Positions 57,685 through 64,000 of a DNA stretch of 64,000 nucleotides are shown piece by piece. The stretch spans positions 104,227 to 168,226 of the forward strand of contig CAZCCG010000002.1 in assembly GCA_964497535.1 (NCBI GenBank). The letters are read 5' to 3'. The stretch comes from an uncultured Gammaproteobacteria bacterium. Its GTDB lineage: Bacteria; Patescibacteriota; Microgenomatia; Levybacterales; UBA12049. Position numbers and translations under genes: made by a program. Each line of letters starts with the position of its first letter. Position 1 is the first letter of the stretch. Below the pieces are notes generated by a model that was not told the DNA's origin, ran no database searches, and saw nothing but the letters and a program-made list of their open reading frames with translations.

Positions 57685-57990
57685 TTATTGACTACCGCCC
57701 AATCCTGTTGAAGGAGCGCTATTTGGCATAGTTCCCGGTCCTCCACCAACTCCCGGTTTGAAATCGTTTGAGTTAGTATCATTATTTGATGATCCGGCTG
57801 AACCATTCATACTACTCCCATTATTGGTAGTCCCGACCCCGGTATTACCACTCATATTGGAATTTGAGCTGTTATAAGTAGAACTATTGTTACCCATACC
57901 TGGAGTTGTACTCTGTGCTAATACTACTCCTGCAGTTAAAAGAAGTGCTGATGCAGCAATGGCTGCAGAAGTTGCAAGTGTTTTTCTCAT
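57685..57990 (-). CDS. Small secreted N/S/G-rich protein ending APSTGLGG (candidate sortase substrate)
   Basis: Signal peptide (VLA-Q), low-complexity body, strong SD AGGAGGTGA. Confidence 0.75.
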   Translation of the reverse strand: MRKTLATSAAIAASALLLTAGVVLAQSTTPGMGNNSSTYNSSNSNMSGNTGVGTTNNGSSMNGSAGSSNNDTNSNDFKPGVGGGPGTMPNSAPSTGLGGSQ

Positions 57991-58153
57991 TAATAATTCA
58001 CCTCCTTTTCTGTATTACCTATCATGTAAAATATTCTGCAATGACAATCAATTGTTCTTGTTCATTGCTACGGTATAATACCTTTTGTCTGTTAGAAAGA
58101 AACATGGTAGGGGTAAGAAAAAAGTAAATTAGATAGTATGCTCCTGATATCTC

Positions 58154-58198
58154 ACCAAAAAGCGCACTACTATTTCTATTTGAGTGCGCCTTTTGTGG
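58154..58198 (-). terminator. Intrinsic terminator
   Basis: GCGCACT...AGTGCGC stem followed by TTTTT. Confidence 0.6.
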
Positions 58199-58217
58199 CT
58201 CATTTTTTGATGAACTA

Positions 58218-58685
58218 TTACTGCCCTGTAGTTGTATTACTTGCAGTAGTATTCATCATAGCTGGAGCTTGACCTGCTCCGGTACCGCTCACCTCAATGG
58301 AAGGGGTTGCAGGACCACCTTGCATGCCGGAATTATTGTTTCCTTCGCAATATGACCATAGTTGGAAATAATATTTTGTTCCCGGTGTTAAGGAAGCTAC
58401 AGTATATTGTCGTGTATTTCCATTTCCCGGCAACTGGACTGCGCCAAATTGATAATTTCCAGGATTATATCCATACACGAGCGAATAGTTCGTTATCGGC
58501 CCTGATTGTCCCCACGTAAGTGTTACAGCTCCCGATTGTGGGCCAGTAACAGCTGTAACTGGACTAGCCGCTTGTGCCTGACATGCTGCATACGCTGACG
58601 AAGGAGTTTGGAGAGTTCCTCCGATTAACAACAAAAACGCGATAACGGGAATTGATATTTTTTTCAAGACTACTTTCAGACTCAT
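58218..58685 (-). CDS. Secreted single-Fn3 protein
   Basis: Signal peptide AYA, VTLTW, Y...YG..PG.Y.FG, LTPGTKYYF. Confidence 0.8.
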   Translation of the reverse strand: MSLKVVLKKISIPVIAFLLLIGGTLQTPSSAYAACQAQAASPVTAVTGPQSGAVTLTWGQSGPITNYSLVYGYNPGNYQFGAVQLPGNGNTRQYTVASLTPGTKYYFQLWSYCEGNNNSGMQGGPATPSIEVSGTGAGQAPAMMNTTASNTTTGQ

Positions 58686-58837
58686 AGTGCCTCATTCACC
58701 TCCTTTGTCAAATTAGAGTAGCAAAGAAATGTAAATCTACAACTATTACAGTGTAAGAGAATTGAAAACAGCCCGGTATGTCAATCACCTTTTAAGAAGA
58801 AACCGTGAACAACGCGCTCTGAAGAGAACACCGCAAC

Positions 58838-60187
58838 CTATTGGCACTTTACTGTTACAGAGGGAGAAAATGCTGACCAATTATTACTATTTTGTGACGT
58901 CGTATAGGCATATTGTGCATAATATGTCGTACCAGAGTTGAGAATAAAACCGGTATTCAAATTCTGGTTGGCACCGGGATTATTTGGGGTAACCACAGAA
59001 TTCATAGTATTATTTGCATTACTTGAGGTACCTATTGTTACGAGATATTGTTGTACGTTTGCAAGATTGGCTTTCGTATTATAATTGATAGTCGCTTCAC
59101 GCATACTTCCCTGCTGTTGATTGCTACAATTGGCAGTAATAGTATTGCCAGGAGTTCCTGTGCTTGGAGCTTGTATTGTAAGTACTTCTCCGGATGCTGG
59201 GGCGGCAATTGTCAAAACTTGAGATTGTGAAAATGGTTGATTATTGACCCATAAATATGCCTGAACGTCATATGATACTCCTGCAGTTGCACCGTTCCAA
59301 TTCCAATTCATACCGTTTCCTGCAGAAAGTCCTGATGCTGCTTGGCTAAAGGTACCTCCACCACTGCGGCGTACTCCCAGACTAACTGTTGCATTATTTG
59401 GTATGTTCCCGTTGAAATTGATAGTACCTGAAAGGCTAACTTTTGACGGAGCAGCGGCAACAGCTGGCGCGGGTGGAGTAACTGTGGAGTTAATAGTAAG
59501 TGTTTCGTCATCAGCAGGCCCTGCGGTTTGGATCGTTGATCCCGTAACGATTGTATCTCCATTTTGTACAAGAATCGGTCGGATTGTATATTTAACTCCT
59601 TCTTGAGCATCTGTCCAACTCCACGTACTGCCATCAGTAGGTGCAAGATCTGATTGGATTGTTTGGTAATCGCTGCTTCCTGCTTCTTTGGCTTGTATTG
59701 TTATCGTGCTTCCCGATGGGATATAACCGTTTATATTGAGTGCTCCTACTATCGTTGTTTTTTTCGGTTGTGCGGGCTTTTCTACTGCTAAAATTCTAAG
59801 TGATGCGTTATCGGTTGGTGCCACAATTTGGGTAATGTTTGATTGAGTAGTAGCGGCATTGTTTTGCATGACATATGCTTGAAGTTCATAAGTAACTCCT
59901 GACTCAGCGCCCTCCCAACTCCATGTTGCTCGATCTTTTGCCGGCACCTGGGTTACAACGATATTAAATTGCCGTGCTCCAAGTTTTCGTGCTCCTATAG
60001 AAATTGTTGAACCCTCTGGTACATCCCCATCCAAATCAATTACTCCATCAATACCTGAAACATTATTTTTTGTGTTTTGGGGAATAATAGTAATAGGAGA
60101 TTTCGTACCACTTGCAGAAAACCACCCGATAATTCCAATAATAATCAGAAGAAGAATAATGATGCCAAGCAAAAATTTAGTGCTCAT
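58838..60187 (-). CDS. Membrane-anchored protein with three tandem beta-sandwich repeats
   Basis: 3 x G.I..(D/N)G.(V/I)P.G.T......W.W..A..GV.Y...IAAP. Confidence 0.75.
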   Translation of the reverse strand: MSTKFLLGIIILLLIIIGIIGWFSASGTKSPITIIPQNTKNNVSGIDGVIDLDGDVPEGSTISIGARKLGARQFNIVVTQVPAKDRATWSWEGAESGVTYELQAYVMQNNAATTQSNITQIVAPTDNASLRILAVEKPAQPKKTTIVGALNINGYIPSGSTITIQAKEAGSSDYQTIQSDLAPTDGSTWSWTDAQEGVKYTIRPILVQNGDTIVTGSTIQTAGPADDETLTINSTVTPPAPAVAAAPSKVSLSGTINFNGNIPNNATVSLGVRRSGGGTFSQAASGLSAGNGMNWNWNGATAGVSYDVQAYLWVNNQPFSQSQVLTIAAPASGEVLTIQAPSTGTPGNTITANCSNQQQGSMREATINYNTKANLANVQQYLVTIGTSSNANNTMNSVVTPNNPGANQNLNTGFILNSGTTYYAQYAYTTSQNSNNWSAFSPSVTVKCQ

Positions 60188-60280
60188 CTATATTGCTCAT
60201 TCTCCAAAAATTCGCTACCTTTGTCAAGATATCAAAACTCAAGCATTATGCAATTTACTTTAATTGTTAGAAGTTAGTAG

Positions 60281-60793
60281 TTATATTCCGCATTGCTCAC
60301 TGTGTTTTTCAATTGACTGTATATATTGTTTGGTAACTTCATTTTTAAGATAACTCTTGCTATTGCCGTGACTACCCACCAGAACTATCAAACTGTCATA
60401 TGGATGAATTTGCACAGAAAGAAAATCAGGTGCTTTTTTTCCGTTTATATACGCACTCATCGGTTTTGATGTATCAAAAGAATATTTTAAATTAGTAAAA
60501 AGATCACTCCAATACACCGGTTCCCGATGTACATGCACCACATCACCTACCAACTCATGCAAATGAGCTTTTTCTATCTGTTCGTCTTCATGTTCTACAT
60601 TTTTTGCAACAGTACATGGTTTTTCATGCATATATTCAGGTTTGGCAAAGTCAACTTGTTTTCCATTTACATAGACTTGAAAACCGGCATGATAATGAAC
60701 ATGTTTCAATTCAGGATGGTTAAAAAAGGAGAGAGCTGCCATTCCCATGAAAAGCACAACAATAATTGTTATTGGTATAAAATATTTTTGCAT
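60281..60793 (-). CDS. Secreted His-cluster protein
   Basis: HVHYHAGF.VYVNG, HLHE....VVHVH, YING. Confidence 0.65.
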   Translation of the reverse strand: MQKYFIPITIIVVLFMGMAALSFFNHPELKHVHYHAGFQVYVNGKQVDFAKPEYMHEKPCTVAKNVEHEDEQIEKAHLHELVGDVVHVHREPVYWSDLFTNLKYSFDTSKPMSAYINGKKAPDFLSVQIHPYDSLIVLVGSHGNSKSYLKNEVTKQYIQSIEKHSEQCGI

Positions 60794-60930
60794 ACAAGCA
60801 TTGTATTAATTCCATCATTTTAAGTCAACAAAACGAAACGGAAAATGTATTTTGTATTTATTATTATTGACAATCCTGCAATTCTCCTCTACTATTTCTA
60901 TAACTCTTCAATTAGAAAGGAGGTGAGTAC

Positions 60931-61482
60931 ATGAAATTACAAAACTTATGGTGGCTCCTTCTCCTGCAAGGACTTTTTCTTATTCTTTTCGGATTTGTAG
61001 CAATCGCTTGGCCAGGACTTACTTTTGTAACACTTGTTTTCATATTTGCGATTTATATTTTACTTTCCGGAGTTTTAAACATTATACATAGTGTTATTGG
61101 AACCAAAGATCATCAATACTGGTTCTTAACTTTGGTCTTAGGAATAGTAGAAGTTTCTGCAGGTGTCTATGCACTCAATAACCCAGGAATAAGTATTGCT
61201 ATATTGGTTCTTCTTATTGGATTTACCTTTATTGTGCGCGGGGTATTGGGCGTCATTTCAGCATTTGCTCCCATGTATACAGATACCCATAAACTTCTTC
61301 TTATTGTAATCGGAGTTTTGAGTGTAGTAGCTGGAATTATTGTGTTGAGGTATCCAGTAGCTGGTACTCTCGCTTTTACATGGGTTATCGGTGTCTACGC
61401 ACTCATTGCCGGAGCGATTATGATTGCTCTTTCAATTTCGGTAAAAGATCTTACTCAGTCGCGTTCCAAAAGATCCCGATAA
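60931..61482 (+). CDS. HdeD/DUF308 family membrane protein
   Basis: WW.LLL.G...I.FG..A..WP, repeated TM pairs; TTGACA-17-TACTAT and SD. Confidence 0.85.
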   Translation: MKLQNLWWLLLLQGLFLILFGFVAIAWPGLTFVTLVFIFAIYILLSGVLNIIHSVIGTKDHQYWFLTLVLGIVEVSAGVYALNNPGISIAILVLLIGFTFIVRGVLGVISAFAPMYTDTHKLLLIVIGVLSVVAGIIVLRYPVAGTLAFTWVIGVYALIAGAIMIALSISVKDLTQSRSKRSR

Positions 61483-61496
61483 GAATCCGTATTTCA

Positions 61497-61530
61497 ATAA
61501 ATAACACTGAGTTAAATCGGTGTTATTTAT
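61497..61530. terminator. Hairpin terminator
   Basis: ATAAATAACACTGA...TCGGTGTTATTTAT. Confidence 0.55.
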
Positions 61531-61559
61531 GTGAGCAGGATATATCAATATTATAATAT

Positions 61560-62327
61560 ATGGTTGCTAAAGAATTAACAGAATATATTAGAAAAGCCCG
61601 AAAGAGCAATTTATCAGATAACCAAATCAGATACAAGCTCGTAACTGGAGGGTGGCCGGCAGAAGATGTCGATCATGCTCTTATTCAGACTAATGATCCT
61701 TCTCTCTTTTCTCAAATTCCTACCCGTATATGGATAGGCGGAGCTACTGTTCTTTGCGTATTGATAGGACTTGTGTTGATCTCTCCATTTATTTCTGCTG
61801 CCATCAATAGTTTTGTTACGGCACATACTCCTTCTCATTGTTCTATTCCATTTAATACAAGCAATAACGACATACTGTTCCAAAAGGCAAATGGAGAAAG
61901 TATCAAGATATCAAGTAAAACATATCATTATACTTTTATATCTCCTTGCACACTTTCTCCCTCCGTCGATCCTTCTCAAATCTCCACCAGTAGTACCATA
62001 CGTTTCTTCAATCAATTCCGCCTCAAAAGAAATTCATATGCTCATGCTTCCATCGATTTTCTGACAACTATTGTAAAAGAAGATCAGGAAAAAATAAACT
62101 CAGTACTGGTTATAAATTCAACTGCCGTCACCCAAGTTGTTATAAATAAGATCTCCTGGACAAAATTTGATAATAAGAAAGAAAAAAATACATGGTATGT
62201 AACTACAAAAGATAATATAATGTATCGATTTATTCTGGTTTATGATAATACTAAGATACCGCAGGAATTTCAAAAAGAAAAACAAGCACTTGAGACTATG
62301 CTTTCGACATTTTCTATGACTCAATGA
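61560..62327 (+). CDS. Single-TM hypothetical protein (small helical N-domain, PsbP-like C-domain)
   Basis: L.EYI......I...L...GW....V..A; ends ...ETMLSTF. Confidence 0.6.
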   Translation: MVAKELTEYIRKARKSNLSDNQIRYKLVTGGWPAEDVDHALIQTNDPSLFSQIPTRIWIGGATVLCVLIGLVLISPFISAAINSFVTAHTPSHCSIPFNTSNNDILFQKANGESIKISSKTYHYTFISPCTLSPSVDPSQISTSSTIRFFNQFRLKRNSYAHASIDFLTTIVKEDQEKINSVLVINSTAVTQVVINKISWTKFDNKKEKNTWYVTTKDNIMYRFILVYDNTKIPQEFQKEKQALETMLSTFSMTQ

Positions 62328-62335
62328 AAGTGAAA

Positions 62336-63094
62336 TTACGTTAGTGTTACGCAAACTGGAAAATGATCAGAGGCTACATTTGTTAATTCATTTTTTATTA
62401 CGTGATACTCTTTGAGATAAGGACCCAATAATGTAGAGAGAAAAATGTAATCCAATCGCAAAGCTGCATGAGCCGCATCTGTGCTTGATGGGGTGGGAAC
62501 AGTATTTTCACCATTTTTCATAAAATCGAGCGCTGCATCAATATACCCTGATCTAAAAACTTTTTCTACTACATCAAAACGAAGCTTCCCCCTATCTGCA
62601 AACTTTTTCAATTGGGTAGTATTGAAAGATTCAACAATCTCCGGATTATAATTATCTCTTGGTGACAATGAATTAAAGTCTCCCATAAGAATTGAATTTT
62701 TATAATTATTTTGAAATGAAAGAACGGTATCAATCTCTTTGAGTCGTATGTCTTCAGAGTAAGGGGCCAAATGTAGACTGGCAATAGAAAGTTCTCCAAG
62801 CGGAGAATCAATAAGAGCTACCATGCAAGCCCGCATGAAATTATTTAGTTTAAAAACTTTTTTGAGGGGATATTTGGAAAAGATTGCTACATGATAATCA
62901 AATTCGCTAGACTGTGCCACATCAAAGAAAGGTAATTGTGTAGTATCAGCAAATCTTTTGATAATATTTTTATCTAAAAACATATTTGCTTCGTTAATAG
63001 TTAAATAGTCCGGCGACCGCTGCTTGATTACTTGAGCAATTGTGGGTAATCTCTTTGCTCCTCCATCCAAAATGTTATATGTCATCAATTTCAT
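62336..63094 (-). CDS. Endonuclease/exonuclease/phosphatase family protein
   Basis: MTYNI, INE, HL, MGDFN, RLDYIF, SDHFP. Confidence 0.9.
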   Translation of the reverse strand: MKLMTYNILDGGAKRLPTIAQVIKQRSPDYLTINEANMFLDKNIIKRFADTTQLPFFDVAQSSEFDYHVAIFSKYPLKKVFKLNNFMRACMVALIDSPLGELSIASLHLAPYSEDIRLKEIDTVLSFQNNYKNSILMGDFNSLSPRDNYNPEIVESFNTTQLKKFADRGKLRFDVVEKVFRSGYIDAALDFMKNGENTVPTPSSTDAAHAALRLDYIFLSTLLGPYLKEYHVIKNELTNVASDHFPVCVTLT

Positions 63095-63095
63095 A

Positions 63096-63512
63096 TCACT
63101 CCCAAGGGAATACTTTAACCTCAGTTACTTCTTTCAGAAAATAATCAGGTTTTATCTGGGTGATCGGCATTGTATACAAACAGGTTGTTGTCACACGGAC
63201 TCCTTTTCCTTCAAGATATTTCTTTGCAACAATCAAACTCTTTCCCGTCTCAAGCATATCCTCAACGAGTAAAATATCTTTCCCGGAAATATTTTCTACA
63301 ATGTCTGTTGTTACTTTTCTATCCTCCCCTATTTTTTTGACCGTTAAACAATACATATCTTTTACTTCCAAATTCCTCGACAATAATCGGGCAGGTATAA
63401 TCCCACCTTTCACAATTCCAATAACGATATCCGGCGTAATATCTATTTTGGTAGAGAGTTTTTCAATTTCATTTTCACATTCTTCCCACGTCATAAAACT
63501 TTTACCTTTCAT
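63096..63512 (-). CDS. Type I phosphoribosyltransferase
   Basis: GIVKGG, ILLVEDMLETGKS, PDY, FPWE. Confidence 0.88.
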   Translation of the reverse strand: MKGKSFMTWEECENEIEKLSTKIDITPDIVIGIVKGGIIPARLLSRNLEVKDMYCLTVKKIGEDRKVTTDIVENISGKDILLVEDMLETGKSLIVAKKYLEGKGVRVTTTCLYTMPITQIKPDYFLKEVTEVKVFPWE

Positions 63513-63585
63513 GAGCTTATGATAGCAGAGGTATATTCTTTTTTCTACTTTCTTTTACTTTTTATACTCTATTTACTTTTGAAGA

Positions 63586-64000
63586 TTACATTTTCCCTTG
63601 TGATTTGAGGCGTCGTGCTTCTACTTCGTCCAGAATCTTTTTTCGGATTCTGATATTTTTTGGTGTTACTTCTACCAATTCATCATCAGCGATGTATTCC
63701 AATGCGTCTTCAAGTCCCATGATTTTAGGAGTATTTTGTTTCAGGTTTGTCCCTTCTCCTTTTGAGCGCATATTACTGAGTTGTTTGGTTTTGCAAACAT
63801 TGATACTCATATCATCAGGACGAGCATTTTGGCCTACCACTTCTCCTTTATATATTTGGGTAGCGGGTCCAATAAACAATGTCCCTCGGTCTTGTGCATT
63901 CACGAGTCCATACAAATTGCTAACGCCACTCTCATGGGCGACAAGTGATCCTTGTTCACGCTTCACACTAAATCCGTCATCCGGTCGATATTCCAAAAAC
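63586..64000 (-). CDS. typA: Translational GTPase TypA/BipA, C-terminal part (truncated by the window)
   Basis: Q.RG.LFI, YKG.VVG.N, NV.K.KQL.NMR, LE.ALEYI..DELVEVTP..IRIRK. Confidence 0.93.
   Translation of the reverse strand, partial: FLEYRPDDGFSVKREQGSLVAHESGVSNLYGLVNAQDRGTLFIGPATQIYKGEVVGQNARPDDMSINVCKTKQLSNMRSKGEGTNLKQNTPKIMGLEDALEYIADDELVEVTPKNIRIRKKILDEVEARRLKSQGKM

Noticed and set aside
1-64000. Alternative genetic code (TGA as Gly, code 25)
   Set aside because: Conserved genes are full length under code 11 and TGA ends several of them at the expected position

Overview
Chromosomal window of a CPR/Patescibacteria bacterium, most likely Microgenomates (inferred from gene content, protein style and standard code 11). 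Layout: (1) 0.1-12.7 kb surface-glycan locus with GT-C, GT2, GT4, nucleotide-sugar enzymes and a C-methyltransferase. (2) 12.7-28.6 kb accessory region ending at tRNA-Val(CAC): a large secreted C39/Fn3 protein, a REP-associated tyrosine transposase (RAYT) with its own dispersed REP family, a divergent extra sigma-70, and a run of small GC-richer genes built as terminator + perfect sigma-70 promoter + Shine-Dalgarno cassettes. These include paralog pairs, a possible new toxin-antitoxin pair, boxA-like structured leaders and a leader-peptide attenuator. (3) 28.8-35 kb core genes (lepB, parB, rpmA, rplU, rodA, ileS), with ileS carrying several in-frame repeat insertions. (4) 35-46 kb: a PurD-like ATP-grasp plus HExxE protein pair, a split FAD/Rieske oxidoreductase, folP-folK-folE and small stress/repair genes. 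(5) 46-64 kb envelope genes (RND pump, DsbA/B, L,D-transpeptidase, VanW, class F sortase with candidate substrate, Fn3/Ig-like proteins) and the 3' end of typA. The best candidates for new biology are the REP-bracketed promoter-terminator cassette array, the leaderless uORF attenuator at 26.9 kb and the ATP-grasp/HExxE pair. All calls come from reading motifs by eye; no searches or computations were run, and GC statements are visual impressions.
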